Assembly: GCF_009914755.1 (NCBI RefSeq)
Contig: NC_060947.1
Strand: one strand, 5' to 3'
DNA from: the human T2T-CHM13v2.0 reference genome, Homo sapiens
Length of the DNA stretch: 64,000 bases
Part shown: one piece after another, positions 14,416-28,934 of the stretch
How the letters are laid out: each line of letters begins with the position of its first letter
Position numbering within the stretch: position 1 is the first letter of the stretch
Translations under genes and position numbers: made by a program
Notes under the pieces: model-generated
What the model was told of the DNA's origin: nothing
Databases searched by the model: none
Seen by the model: the letters and a program-made list of their open reading frames with translations, nothing else

Positions 14416-17400
14416 TAGGGAAATATTAATCAAACTGCATAGACTCTCATGAGATGTTGATGTTGTTGGTTTTTCCATATCTATACACATTTCAATGTAA
14501 ATTCAACAAGAAAATCTTAATTAATACCTTTGAAGAGGCTCCCGGTGCAAAGGAGGCTAGGTTTTAAAATTTATTATGATATTTCTTTATATCAATAATT
14601 TAACATTTACTCTTCTAGTAGACAGAGAAAGGGCAGAAAAGTAGTGGTACATTACATTAAAAATGTATTTCAATTTCAGAAACATTGTAATGATAAAGCA
14701 GCATATCTTATTTAACCAACTATTATAGTTAATAGAGGTGTTAAAGTATCTAACAGCTTAGAAAAAAATACTTTTTAGAGACTACTAGCTGTTCACAAAA
14801 ATTCATATTCTCCTTTAGGTATTTTTATTGTCATTATTCTACCTCTGATTCATCATTGTATATTAGGTGGACGTTGGGTGAGATAGTCTGGTTGTTTAAT
14901 TCATAGGCCAATAAAACATGAGAAACATCATCTTGATCTAGTGGAAAGCACTGAGCATTTCCCAAATGGATTTCAGCTGGATGCAGTAGTTGAATGTGAC
15001 TTTCAACTGATTCCTTTGGAGAAGGAATTAAGTGACATTAGATCTCTGAGTGGTTTATAGCAGCAAATTCTAAACATTTGCCATGTTTGAAGATGTTGAT
15101 TTTACAGCCAAAGTTAGGACAGAAACAGAAGATTGGAGAAAAAGTAACATGTGTAGTGAGTAATGGGTAGGAGGAGGATATTGACAGTAAGGGGGACATT
15201 TAAGACTTTTGGACATAGGAATTGGCAAGCATCTTAAAAAACATGTATTATTTTGACATCTGTTTCTTTAGCTCAAAATAATCTAGGTTTTTCTATCAAA
15301 CAAAATCATGAGAAGAGAAGGTCTAGACAAAAGGGAGGGATAAAAATTAACATCAAGATAGAGGATTTAATAATTTTACTAGCTCCAGTGGGTTACTGGG
15401 TGATATTTGGTGAAGTGGGATGAAAGAACTGAGGTGTTGTAGAAGTTTTCTGAGATTTTGCACCTATGCTAGTCCTTAAATTGAGGTGTCTATAAAGACT
15501 GTATCTAGATAAACACACAACAAAGTAGCTGAAAGCAGTTGTGACCGATTTAGTGCAGTTAATGCCAACTACACAGCAACAAGTTTGAGGAGGACAATTG
15601 GGAGCCAAAACCATTTTAGAGACAGGAATGTGTGCAAAGGTGACAAAATGGGAAAATGTTAGAAGTTATATGTGCATATCTACATTGATGACATGGAGAA
15701 GGACACCTATACCCATTAAGGAAGATACTTATATTCTTTCCACAAAGGACTTGGCAAAATCCTAATTTAGCATATGCAAATGTGAGACGCGCTTAGCTTC
15801 TCAAATTTAATGCCTGATTCTCCAACATACGGTTTAAGGATTTAGGAAAAGAGAAGTTGCTTGTTAGATTGCAATGTAGTAGGCCCAGAGTTTGCTGCCT
15901 CAGTATCAGGTTGTGTAAATTTTTGTGGGATAGTGGCCCGCTGACTGGTCATTTATAAATGTACTATAATGAATGAGGAAGTTTTTAAAGCTAAATTTGA
16001 TTTTCATATTATGTTCAAAGACTTTGAAAATTCATACGTGAGTATGTGCAGTTGAGGGTGTGAGAAGTAGAGGAAGAGCACAGTTTTGTCACTGACAGTA
16101 GGTGAAATACTTAGGAGGTAGGGGAAATAAATTTGGAGGATGCAAACCTTCTGCAGTTGTGAGAGGCCTATCCTGAGTTGCAGGCTTTTATAGAAAGTTT
16201 CTTCTGATGTAACTGGCTGAGTCTGTTTGAGAAGGTGCTGTGGTGCACCTGACTCTGTCACTTGTCTAGGATGCAACTAAGTGAGAGTGGAAGCTACTCG
16301 CAGATATTGAACCCCTTCTTCAAGTTCTAACACTGCCCAGAGCACATGCAATTTAGGAACAAGAAAGGAATCTGAGCAGTCCATACTACACATTTATCAC
16401 CTATTAATACCTTTTATTTTTCTCTAAGACTCACTCAAAATACTACCTCATTCTTGGATACTTTCCAGGCTTGAGAGCTGGGTGTAATCACTCCTATCTA
16501 TATAATTATATAAAACATTATCTATGTTATTTAAAGATATCTCTTAACTGACTTTACATCAGTATTATATATGCATATCTTATGTAGTAGTCTTGTAATA
16601 CTGTAAAATGATTTGACTCATCTTCCTCCCTTGAACAGGACCTAATTCTCTTTCACAGTAAGTTAATTTATTTATTCAACAAATATTTTTGCTTGCCCTC
16701 TCAGTGCTCATTATACATTAAATGCCTTGTCAATATTTATATGAAAAGGCAAAGGAAAGAAAAAAAGAAATAAAGAAGGAAGATAAGATAGAAGGAAAGA
16801 AGAAGGGAACAAGCAGGGGTTTAACCATGTGAATTATTTGTCTTTGGTAAATCAGAAAGATATAAAATATTAACGGTTTGAAAAACAAGCAGAGATGAAT
16901 ATTTTTTTTCCTAAAACTACTTAAATCTGTGTACTTTCAAATATACCATTAGTCTTATCTATTTCCATATTGTAACTTAGGATTTTAAGCCCCTTTGGAA
17001 GACTTAAGGTTTCATTAGCTGTTATTTAATTTGCTCTTCCTTCTACCTCTCATAACTCTACCTTTTGCATTAGAAGGTGATTACTCCTGTTTTCTATGTT
17101 AGCTTTATTCCAGTGTGCTGTGCTAACTACAAAAATAATCATAAAGCCTTTTTCTAAACCATTTTTAAATCTTGTGTGGCATCTACAAATTATTTTCCTT
17201 TGAATGAGTTCATATAGCGATCATCAAACACCAGAATTGCAAACTGATTAAGAGCACTTTAAGCTTGCTTCCTCTAGTAGATAAACATTTGATCTTGCTT
17301 CAGAAAGGTCTGGAATATGGCTGACTTTGTGTCTTCTTTGTCATGATTCCTTTAACCCTCATTATTTAATAGACTGAAGAAAGCAGTTTGTGTCCCATAA

Positions 17401-18112
17401 GTTTAAACTTCTCTTTTAATTATCGCTGCCGTCTCCTATCCACAAGTCTTAAGAGGACTTCAAGGCAAGGGAGTTGATCTAAGTTGACACAGCTGGAAGA
17501 AAAGTCAGCCCCAGATGAATGCAAGTTACACCAAGATAAACCACAGTGTATCAGCTTGGGTTCTGGTTTGTAACAGATTAATGCAGAGGTTTTTACCCCA
17601 ATTAGTAGCTAATTCATCAAAATTTCTGGAGATAAAGATCAGAGAACTGTATTTTAAATAATCTCTCCAAATGTTTTTATTTATCCCTGTGTTCTTACAT
17701 TTATGTTGTTCCCTCTACACAGGTTGGGACCACATGTGACATTCTTCCACCTAGGATCAACATAGACTCCAGAAGCTTATATTGCAAAAAGATAAAAGGT
17801 TGCCTAAGGCAAAGTTTTATTTTTCTGGACAGATCTCAATGTTTTATGCATTAAAATCAGGCTCTTAAGGATGCAATATAGTGATAGAGACCTAACTGAT
17901 GATGATATGAGCAAGGTCTAAATAGGTTTTTTTCTCTTTCTCCCTTTGAATTATTTTAGCTGATATACTTCTGAGGCTACTTGGATTCATTTGTGACAAT
18001 TGCTTAGCTCAAGACTTCCCAAAGTTTTTCAACTATAGGAATTACCTAGGGGATCCTTATTAAAAATACAAATTCCAGGAGCCACACTTCCCAAGTCAGA
18101 AATTCCAAGGTA

Positions 18113-18114
<2 letters not shown>

Positions 18115-18158
<44 letters not shown>
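18115..18158. repeat. (AC)22 microsatellite, next to a MER5-like fragment
   Basis: Perfect dinucleotide run, seen directly. Confidence 0.98.
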
Positions 18159-18160
<2 letters not shown>

Positions 18161-18834
18161 TTATTATTAAGTCTAAACTGCTATTGAAACTTCTAAAACT
18201 AGGATAATTTTATTCTTCAAATTTAGTTTAATCATACATTAACATACTCTCTAGATATATACTACTACCTATGTATAGATATGAATATATACTAGCTGTA
18301 GTCATTAAAAATTGGGGCCCAATATAAAAATATTCTTTATGCATTGTATAAATAGGCCTACTGTACACCTCGAAAGCCTACTCTTGTAAATTATGGGATG
18401 TTTGAATATTTGCACTTCTATTCAGCTAGTCTCATGGTAAATGTTGAAAAATATGTTGGAGATAGTACCATTTTCTGGACTGATTAGGCCAAAGAATGTA
18501 ATTATCATGAGAAGAGCTGCATTATTGCCCTATGTTATTATTAAAAGCAAAGAATTAGTGACTTTTATTGAGAGCTTCAAGAGCTACATCTATGTTACCA
18601 GAGGCCCCAAAAGAAACAGGAAATGAGAAGGAAATAATACAAAAATAAACATCTCCAGGAAATTTGATATTGCGACCATATTAAGACTGGTGGAATTTTA
18701 ACTCTTTAAAGTAAATACAGACTCTTCTGGAACTTCTTAATTACAAGAAACCTCCTACCTCTGCCTGGGAATGCTATATTACCTCATTTCTTGTTAAATG
18801 AACTTCATAAGTGTTTGTATCCTTTACCAGCTCT

Positions 18835-18860
18835 GTGTGTGTGTGTGTTTGTGTGTGTGT
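18835..18860. repeat. Interrupted (TG)n microsatellite
   Basis: Seen directly. Confidence 0.9.
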
Positions 18861-19917
18861 ACACAAAAACCATAAGAGTTTGGATCCAATGTGTAAATAG
18901 CTTGAAAATTGTCATTCATATTCTTTCAACAAAAAAGAGCTGGGCCAACTGAAAAGCATCTACTTTTATTGGACTTTTCAGATACCAGAAATCACAGGAC
19001 AAACTACCACTCTGAAATCTGGAGAGACAAGTGAATCCAGGAAGACAAGTATGAGATGTTTACCTATAACTGAAGCCACTGAAGCCATAAATGGGTAGGA
19101 ATACTTGAATAGCAATATTGACAAATGGATGGAAACTAAGTGTAAGTGAGAAAATCCTGGGGGCTGCAGTCCAAGTGGCAGGGGTGGGAGGGTGGGAAAA
19201 TTCTATGCTTTCCTGAATATTCCCACCAGGAATCTCACAAGTTTGTCTCAGGAGCTGAGACATTCTGAACATCCTGGTATGGGGAAGGGGAAAATAACCA
19301 TTGTGAAACATACCAAGAGCGCTCTTCATAAAAAAAAGCTAACTCTCAAGAGGAAAGACTTTGCCAGAGCACAGTTCAGAAACCTTATCTCAGTTGGGGA
19401 AGGGAATTCTCCTCATTCTAGCTACCTCCATTTTTCCTGGCTCACCTGAGGGAGAAATAAACAAACAAACAAAAACAGTACCTAACAGGGGACAGTCTTT
19501 AAGGAAATAGATTGGGGGAAAAAAAGTGCTACCACTGAAGGAGAGACAAAGACACTTGTAAAAGTCACAGTTCTGGCATACAGACTCAGTAAAAGACGGT
19601 ACTTAATCAAAATATTACAGAATGTTCTGCTCTCCCACACCATACAACCATACTAACAAACCCCCAATAATAATAACTTAATTACAGCTAAAAAAAACGG
19701 CAAGACAAAGACAGCATTTTAAAAGGCATTATAGGGGACCCTCCCTAAAAAAACAAACAAACAACAACAACAACAAAAAACACACAAAACGAGAGAAAAA
19801 GACAAGGTCTTTGAAGGCTCTGGTACACATGGAAACGGCAAACAGTAAACACAGCCAAAATCCTAACCAGATTAAAATGCGTCTTTACACTAAAGGTATA
19901 TTTACCTCAGTTTGTAT

Positions 19918-20456
19918 TGTTGCCAGAAAAGGGATCTTCTCTCAGACCCCAAGAGTGGGTTCTTGGATCTCACATGGGAAAGGATTCAGGACAAGTCACT
20001 GAGTATAGTAACATTAAAACATTTATTAGAAACTACTGTATTACAGAGTAGAACGTCCTCAGAAAGCAAGAGGAGGAACTCATCTATCTTAAACATAATG
20101 CCTCATTATGTAGGATATTAAGGCTGAGAATAGTGTACGTTATTATAAAATCTTGTCATCAGCTTGTGACAGACTACTAGTATTGCTATTTTCCTGAGTA
20201 ATATCAATTTCAGCAAGAATTTATGAGTATACTATCATCTTAAAAGCAAAACTTATTCTTAAACTAAGAATGCCTTTGTTCTTAAAATATTGAGACATTT
20301 TCATAAGTTTTGGGTCCTTAGTTAGTTAGCACCATTTACTCGTTCCCTCAACCACAATCATCTTATCTCTAACTTCCTAGGAATCTAACCCACCAGGTTG
20401 GGCTTTATCCAGCCTTTATTCAAGATGGAGTCACTCTTGTTAGGACGCCTCTGACA
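19918..20456 (-). mobile_element. Solo ERV1 LTR, MER41/LTR26 group
   Basis: TG...CA ends; cagaccccaagagtgggttcttggatctc and caagatggagtcactcttgttaggacgcctctgaca; flanks gtat/ttat. Confidence 0.85.
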
Positions 20457-20520
20457 TTATTACTCAATACATGTCCAGGTTGCAATAGGAAATTAAGATG
20501 CATGTCAAAAGCATAGAAAC

Positions 20521-21213
20521 TGTAAACACCTAATTGGTTCTTCTTGCTCACTGCCCAGATAGAGCCGATTTATCAAGACAAAGGAATTGCAATAGAGAGT
20601 TTAATACATGTAGATCTGGCTAACTGAGAGACTAGACTTTTATTACTCAAATAATCCTCCCTCAAAACTTGGAGGCAAGGGTTTTAAAAGATAATTTGGC
20701 AGGCAGCGAGCTAGGGTATGCGTGCTGCTGTTTGGTTGGTAATTCAGTCATAGGGTTGTGGAAAACAGTCCTTGTACACTGAATGGGCTTCAGAGTGAGG
20801 TCCACAGAGGAGTTGCTGGTCTGGGTGGGGCCGTCTAATCATCAGAAATGCAAGACCTGAAAACACATCTTACAAGGCCTATCTTACGTTTTACAATAAT
20901 GTTGTTATTTACAGGAGTAACTGGGGAAGTTTCAAATCTTGTGACCTCCTGAATAATGGCTAGTAGTTGTTTAACTACTAACTCAGGCCCTGTCATCTTC
21001 CTAACCAGGTTTTACAGAAGCAGTTTAGTTTTAGAGAAGAGCTATTATCATTTAAATTATAAACAAAATTTCTCCCAAAGTAAGTTAGCTTGGCCCATGC
21101 CCAGGAATGACCAAGGGTAGTTTGGACATTAAAGGCAAGATGAAGTTGATTAGATCAGATCTATTTCACTGTTGTAATTTTCTTACTGTTATGATTTTTG
21201 CAAAGATCTTTTT
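20521..21213 (-). mobile_element. Solo ERV1 LTR, LTR8A-like
   Basis: ctgcccagatagagccgatttatcaagaca...ggaattgcaatagag start; ttttgcaaag end. Confidence 0.85.
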
Positions 21214-21861
21214 AAAATTAGAATCATTGTAACAGAAATAAAAATACATTTGATAGCTTCATCTGTAGACTGAACATGGCTGTGAAAAGAATTAGTGAGC
21301 TTGAATATAAGCAAATAGAAAGCTATCAAATTAAGTACAAAAGAAATAAAGTGGAACAACTAAGCACTGTAAGACGATACCAAAATATGTAACTGGAATG
21401 AGAGAAGGAAAAGAGAGAACTTAGCAGAAGAGTTATTTGAAAAATTAATGACTGATAACTTTCCAAAATCCATGATAATCACTAAATCACAGATTCATGA
21501 AACTCAGAGAGTGCTAAGCAGAATAAATTGCAAAAACAAACATATGGAAATGCTGTTGGCATAGCATGTTAAAACTGAAAAAAATCAAAGACAAACAGAA
21601 AATTATAAAGGAAGCATGATTAAAACAAAACAAAAACAAAACAAAATTCTTATCTATAAAAGAACAAGTATAAGAATTGCAATGATTTCTCATCAGAAAC
21701 CAGGCAACATAAAGAGAGTGGATTAAAATTCTTAACATATTAAAAGAAAAAAAATCCACCAACCTAGAATCCTACAGCCCATGAAATTATCCTTCAAAAC
21801 AGAAGATTACCTCAGACAAAATTGTGGGAATTTGTTGCCAGCAGATTTGTTTCCTTCAAAT

Positions 21862-22245
21862 TTTTACCAGCAGCAAATCTTTATGGGTCTGCAGCAACCT
21901 CAATTCTTGCCTCCTCAGAAGAAATAATTCTACTGAGAGGCGTAAGGTAGAAGGAGAGACCAAGATAGGTTTTAGAGCAGGAGTTAAAGTTCATAAAAAA
22001 GCTTTAGATCAGGAATGAAAGGAAGGAAAAAAAGTACACTTGCAAGAGGGCCAAGCGGGCAACTTGAAAGACACGTGTGCAGTTTGACATTTGATGTAGG
22101 GTTTATTTTCTGGAATACTTCTGGGGTCTTGTATCCCTTCTGCCTTGATTCTTCCCTTGGGGAGGGCTGTCTGCATGCACAGTGGCCTGCCAGCAGTTGG
22201 GAAGGGAGTATACACAGTGTTTTTACTGGAGTTGTATGCACGGTT
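21862..22245 (-). mobile_element. Truncated ERV1 LTR, MER50-like
   Basis: gggtctgcagcaacctcaattcttgcctcctcagaagaaa...ttttagagcaggag; ends abruptly into L1 ORF2. Confidence 0.8.
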
Positions 22246-23887
22246 TTCTGTATACCAGCAATTAACAATTTGATTTTGAAATTAAAAATATAATACCATT
22301 TACAATACTCTGCCCCAAAATGAAATACTTAAATGTAAATATATTAAAATATGTATAGGATCTATATGCAGAAAACTACAAAACTCTGATATAAAAAGTC
22401 TAAATAAATGGAGAAATATTCTTTGTTAGTGGATTGAAAAACTCAATATTATGGTGCTTTTTTTTAAACATAACATTTAGATTAAATGAAATTTCCACCA
22501 AAATATTAGCAAGCAATTTTGTAGATATCAATAAACATATCCTAAAGTTTATATAGAAAGGCAAAAGATCCAAAAATACCTAATATTAATATAATATAAA
22601 GGAACAAAGTTGGAAGGTGGATACTACCTAACTTCAAGACTCACTATCAAACCACAATAATCAAGACAGTGTGGTATAAGTGAAAGAATAGATGAATAGA
22701 TCAACTTAACAGAATAGGGAGCCCAGAAATAGACCTACACAAATACAGCCAACTGATCTTGTCAAAGAGGTAAGACAATTCAATGGAGAAAGGATAGCGT
22801 TTTTAATAAATGGTGCTGGAATAATTGGACATTCACATGCAAAAAAAGTACACAGACACAAACCTTATACTTTAAACAAAGAATTAACTTTAAATGGATT
22901 ATTGTAAGAGGAAACTCTATGAAATTGTAAAAGATAACATAGGAGAAAAAAGCTAACTTACTTTGGGTTTGGTAGCCAATATATTTTGACACATCAAAAG
23001 TACAATTCATGATATAAAATATTATAAATTGAATTTTATTAAAATTAAAATGTTTTCTCTGTGAAATACAATTTTAAAAGAAGGAATAGATAAGCTACAA
23101 ACCAAGGGAAAATATCTAGAAATCACATATCTGATAAAGGACTTGTATCAAAAATATATTTTTAAAACTCTTAAAATTGGCCAATACGAAAACAAACAAA
23201 TCATTTAAAGAATGAGCGAAAGATCCTAACAGACACCTCATGAAAGAAGATGTGCAGATGGAAATAAACTATTTGTAAAAATGACTCAGCAGTTTTTGAC
23301 ATTAGGGAAATAAAGATTAAAACAACAAAGGATACCACTATATACCTATTAGAACGGCTAAAATAAAAAAAACTGATAATACTCATTCCTGGTGATAATG
23401 TAGAACAAGAGAAATGCTCATTCATTGCTGGTGAAAATGCAAGACAGTAAATATATTTTGGGGAAAAATGGCAGTTTCTTACAAAGCTAAGCATTGTCTT
23501 ACCTTATAATGTAGCAATAACAGTCTTATTTATGCAACCAACTATTTTTTACCCTTATGCCCACGCAAAACTATACAGCTGTTTATAGCAACTTTATTTA
23601 TAATTGTCAAAAACAGAGAGCATGTCTGTCTATAAGCTATCTTCTTGTGGCATATGGGTTAATATTTCTGAAACCACAATACATGTATATTGGAATTGAA
23701 AAATTAAGTAAATGTATGGCAAATCATGGGACTCAAATTTCTAATCATTAAAGAGAGAAGTTATAGACAATCAAATGGAGAAGACTAGAATGACACATGT
23801 GACAGCGAATTAGAGTGGGAGAGATCAGTATGAACTCATGGTTTAGCCTGATATGACACAGATGTATACATATATAAATATTTTTTG

Positions 23888-24193
<306 letters not shown>

Positions 24194-25073
24194 TTAGTAT
24201 ACACACATATATTTCATTGCTCTTTTCTCTGAGAAGGCATAGAAGCAATGACACACAGGAACAACAAGGCTATGCAGTGCCCTAATGTTGATGTCTAGTA
24301 TCATCCTTTAGTAAAAGGTAACCAAGGCTCCCTGGAGAAATGGCTGCCTGTCATGCTGTGGCCAGGAGTATACAAGATGGGCTTGGAACATCTTGCAGTG
24401 CTAGAAAGTAAGGAAGTACATAAGAATCACAAAAATGAGAGTATGCCAAAGGGAAATAGGAGCCAATTTAAAAAGCCCCCAAAAACCAAAGCTAGAACAA
24501 TTTGAGCAACAAAATAAACAGAGAAGTGTTGGAGGACAACTCAAAGCATAAAATAAATATCCATAAGTCCATATTACATGTATATAGTTCCATAAACAAA
24601 TAAATGGGAAAGAACTAAATCTGTGCAGAATTGCAAATAACTTATATAGATATTCCACCTTAAAGGAGGCAGAGCATAACTTCCCACTCCTCATGTGTTC
24701 ACTGTGGATAGTGACTATACTTCCAAAAGTAGAGAGTGGAAAAAAGGAGAGAAAGCATAGATCTACAGTAGAGACTCCTCACAAAAACTATCTCAGAGAA
24801 GTAGGTGATCACAGTTAACATCAATAGTGAGAAGTCATGTTGATAGCATGTACCATGTGATGTCATGAGAATGGCACTTTATCTCTGTTGCATTTCTCCC
24901 AAAACTCATGCACTCTTAACCTAAGAAAAATATCAGACAAATCTCAGTGTGAGTCAGTCTACAAAGCACTCTTCAAAAATGTCTAAGTCATCAAAATGAA
25001 ATTCTAAGAAGCCATCACAACAAACAAGAGCCTAAAACACATGACACTGTCATGGAGCATCTTTGGTGGGATG

Positions 25074-25439
25074 TGCCTTTGTCTCTTTGGACTGCTATCA
25101 CAAAATATTCATAGACTGAGTGGCTTAGAAACTGCAGAAATTTATTTTTCACAGCTGTGGATGCTGGAAAGTCCAAGATCAAGGTGTCTGCAAATTTAGT
25201 GCCTGGTGAGGGCCTTCTTCCTAATTCATAGATGGTGCCTTTTTACTGAATTCTTACATCATGGAAGGGGCAAATGAGCTTCCTTGGGCCTATTTTATAA
25301 GAGTGTTAATCACATTCAAGATGGCTCTGTTCTCATGGCCCAATCATCTCCCAAAAACCATACCCCCTAATACCATCACTTTTATGATTAGGTTTTGATA
25401 TATTATTTTGAAAGGGACACAAACATTCAGACCATAGCA
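25074..25439 (-). mobile_element. Solo MaLR LTR (MLT1A-like)
   Basis: gaaagtccaagatcaaggtg...aaacattcagaccatagca; TSD ggatg/gaatg. Confidence 0.88.
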
Positions 25440-25517
25440 GAATGCTGGGATCAGAAAAAAAAATACATCAGGACAACACAAAAGGAAACCTCAATAATGT
25501 ATAAAATTTAGCTAAAG

Positions 25518-25548
25518 CACACACACACACACACAGACACACACACAT
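25518..25548. repeat. Interrupted (CA)n
   Basis: Seen directly. Confidence 0.9.
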
Positions 25549-28500
25549 AGACATCCATTTATTCTTTTGATGTATCTAATGGTATCTTTCTGTCAACCTT
25601 ATAACGATGTCTTTTGAGAGCTATGCTTGCATTTACTAAATTTGGGATATTTTTCTTTATTTTTACCCTTTCTCACTGAAACTCATACCCTAGTATTACT
25701 TACTTAGGTAAAAACCTAATATCCTAAAAAATGACAAAATTAATAGGAAAATCAATCTTCCTCCAGCCGAGTAGTAGTAATAAACAGAAAGATGCAGACA
25801 CATTCGCTCCAGATATTGATTTTAAATCCCTCAAAATAAAACATTATTTAAAAATAAAAACAAGGGGTTATGTTTTAATTGGCTAGTATAAATAGAGTGC
25901 TGGATTAAGAAACACAAAATACATTCATTTTGTTGTTTTCAGATTCAAGGGGGCATAGAAGGCAGATTGTTAGCTATTTGAGTTGAATATGTAAGTAATA
26001 GATTTTTGTACTTATTAAGCTAAAGTAACATATTTTTCACATAATTCAGTCTTGCAGGTATTTAATTTTTACCTACTTTATAGTCAACGCAATGTGCCTC
26101 TCCCCCACCCCACATAAGTACTCATTTTTGAAGATGATCAAGTGATTTTAGCTTCTCTTAATTGCTTCTCTTTTTAGAGAAGCAGGAAATCTCTCCTGAT
26201 GAAACCTATTTTTATCATCCTTAGGATGCAATGGTAGGAGAATGAAATCTAATATGTTTCAGTGATTATTTTACTAAAGTGTTGAATTATGTGCTTTGTG
26301 AAACTCTGAAGCTGCATTCAGCACCAAATTGTAGATATTAGAACCCCACTGGCAAAGTGGCAAAAAATGAATAGCTACCCGCTAAGTATACTGAGAAGTA
26401 GACAGGCAATAAAATGAATAGAATCAGCATTCTTTACCAATGCAGAGAAACTTTGATTGACTACAGGCTAGTGGCTATTTCCAAAGATGTGACACTTGAC
26501 GCATATTTTCAAGTCCCAACTTTTCTGCTCTTCTTATTATCATACATTTGGCTCAGGATATTAGGGTTTTTTTTTCCTCTGGGAAACATTCAAATTTTCA
26601 GCTGCATCTTTTATTAAATTAGATGTGCTAGTTGCCAACTTTATTCAACTAGATTAAAGAAAAAGTTTGAAATAATGTAAAACTGCATCTATTGTATTGT
26701 GGAGAGATTGGAAGTGCAATTCTTTAAGTTGTAGGGTGGTGGGGACTAATCATTATTAGGTTCCAACTTGGTTCTGTTCAGTGTGCTATCTTAATATTTG
26801 CATATTTGTTGTTAAACATTCAATCTAAGATGTAGATTTTATCCATGAGGAGACCCATAGCACCTGGCATATAGTAAACAGTTCGTAAGATCTAGCTTTT
26901 CTTATTATAATTTTAATTTTACTCCTGAGAAAAATGAGAATAAAAATATCAAGTAATGTTTCCCAGATAACAAAGCTAATTGTGTTCACTTCGAAGTTTA
27001 CACAGAATTTTTTTTTTGCCCTAGAACATAAACTTGTACTCAGCTTACAACACATTTCTCATAGCATAAATATCAAACTCCTTTATATCATGTTTGGTGT
27101 CCTCCAACATCTGACCTTGATTCTTTTCATTGCACTTAAGTTCTAACCATTCAGGACACAGTTTTTTGAGCAAACCAGGCTCCCTTCCTCACTCTTTTGC
27201 ATTTACTCCTGATGACTCCCTTGAATGCAATGAGAAAACTTTGAACAATCAAGACTTTTCTTAAATTTAGTCTCTTTGGAGCCTGTTCTGATCTTTTCCC
27301 CACCTAGTCCCCAACACCGTGCTCTTTTCTTTCTTCTACAATTGTACCTATGAATTTCATTGAGGTTATGATTTTTACATATCTGTCCCTCATTACCAGA
27401 CTATGACTTTTCTGGAAGCGAACCTGTGCCATATTAGCTTTAGTTTGCTTAACACTGTGTTTATCATAAAATGGGCATTTCGTGAATGGATCAAAAGATG
27501 AATAATCATTAACTGGAATTATAATTGTAACTAAATTCCATAGGAGTTATTTTTCTTCAAGTGTCCTTAATTATTACCGTATTACAAATTTAACCTTCTT
27601 GAATAAAATAGGAACAGTTATCTGAAGTTCCAGAGATTGTACCAAGTCTATGACGGCTTCCATTACTTGCCATGAATTCAGTAACTTTTTATTACCACTT
27701 ATTAAAAGAAAGTAAAAAGAAAGAGTAAAGAAAATATCCTGGTATGTTGCTGTTTTATGATATATTGTTTCATGTATTATTTGTGATAGACTATATTTTA
27801 CCATGAACAAGACACTACTGTTTAAATTTGGAGTACATGGAATTGTATATAATCAATTTTCAGAGAAATATACTATTAATGTTTAGAATTTGATGTTTCT
27901 TTCTAAATATAAAAATAGCTTTTGTATCTTGTTGCAAAATAATTCTATAAGTGTATGGTTACATTATATTAAACATAAGACATTTTGATGGCAATATATT
28001 TCAGAAAAAAATGATAAAGCAATGAAAGCCTTAAATCTCTGAGAGCTCAGGTAAACATAAATCTTCACTTAAGCAATGTGGATTATGGGAAGATGGAAAA
28101 AGCCATTCAATAGTTCAGGTAACCTAAAGCAGAATGCAAACATTCCAAATGTTTTGAGAAAATTCCATTGTTGGTGAGAGCATAAAGAAACATGCTTTTC
28201 TTCTTACCAATGTCAATCAGTAAAAACATAGCTCTGGAATATTTTTGAGTTAGTTAGGGCAAAGCAAAAGTCTTTTGTCAGAAAATATATCTTAACAATA
28301 CGAGACGATGACAATTGTTGCCTTTAGATGAGGAAGCTTTGGATTCAATTCACAATTGGGTCTTTCCATATCTTTCTGTGGCTCCCAATGAATTCTGCAA
28401 CAAGTTGTCAAGGGACTTGCTAAATTTAGATAACAGAGGAAAAGAACAAAATAAAAGTTTAGTGTTAAAATGTGCAAAACTCATTTTTTGGTAGCACAAG

Positions 28501-28934
28501 CATTTGACAATATTTAGAGTCCTGGATTAGTTTTTCACTAATTATTACACATTTTATGTATAAATGAAAGAGTAAACATTTATGTGTTTCTTAGACAATT
28601 TATTTATTTGGTTCTTAGATAATTTATTTAATGTTTAATAAACACAATCTGTTTTCCTACAGATAAAATTAGGAAACGATCCTTTCAAAAATAGTCAAAC
28701 ATAACAAAAATTATGTATCTATTACAAAAAAAGATACATAATACGTGATATTCATAGAGCAGTTACTATGATTCAGGCATGGCGTTAGAAGCTTTACAGT
28801 CATTATTTTTAAAATTGCAACTTAGTCCAAGAAGATAAAAGATACAAAAATTATGTTTAAAAAAGGGGTGATTTTATCTCTGCATTTTAGTATTAGTATT
28901 TACACCCATGGCTGTCAGTATAAAACTTCATTCA

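Noticed and set aside
14860-16300. Possible old LTR and MaLR-internal fragments
   Set aside because: Some motifs look LTR-like, but they are too diverged to delimit or name by eye
28588-28630. Short tandem duplication ttcttaga(c/t)aatttattta (similar case at 58976-59028)
   Set aside because: Ordinary slippage duplication in AT-rich DNA
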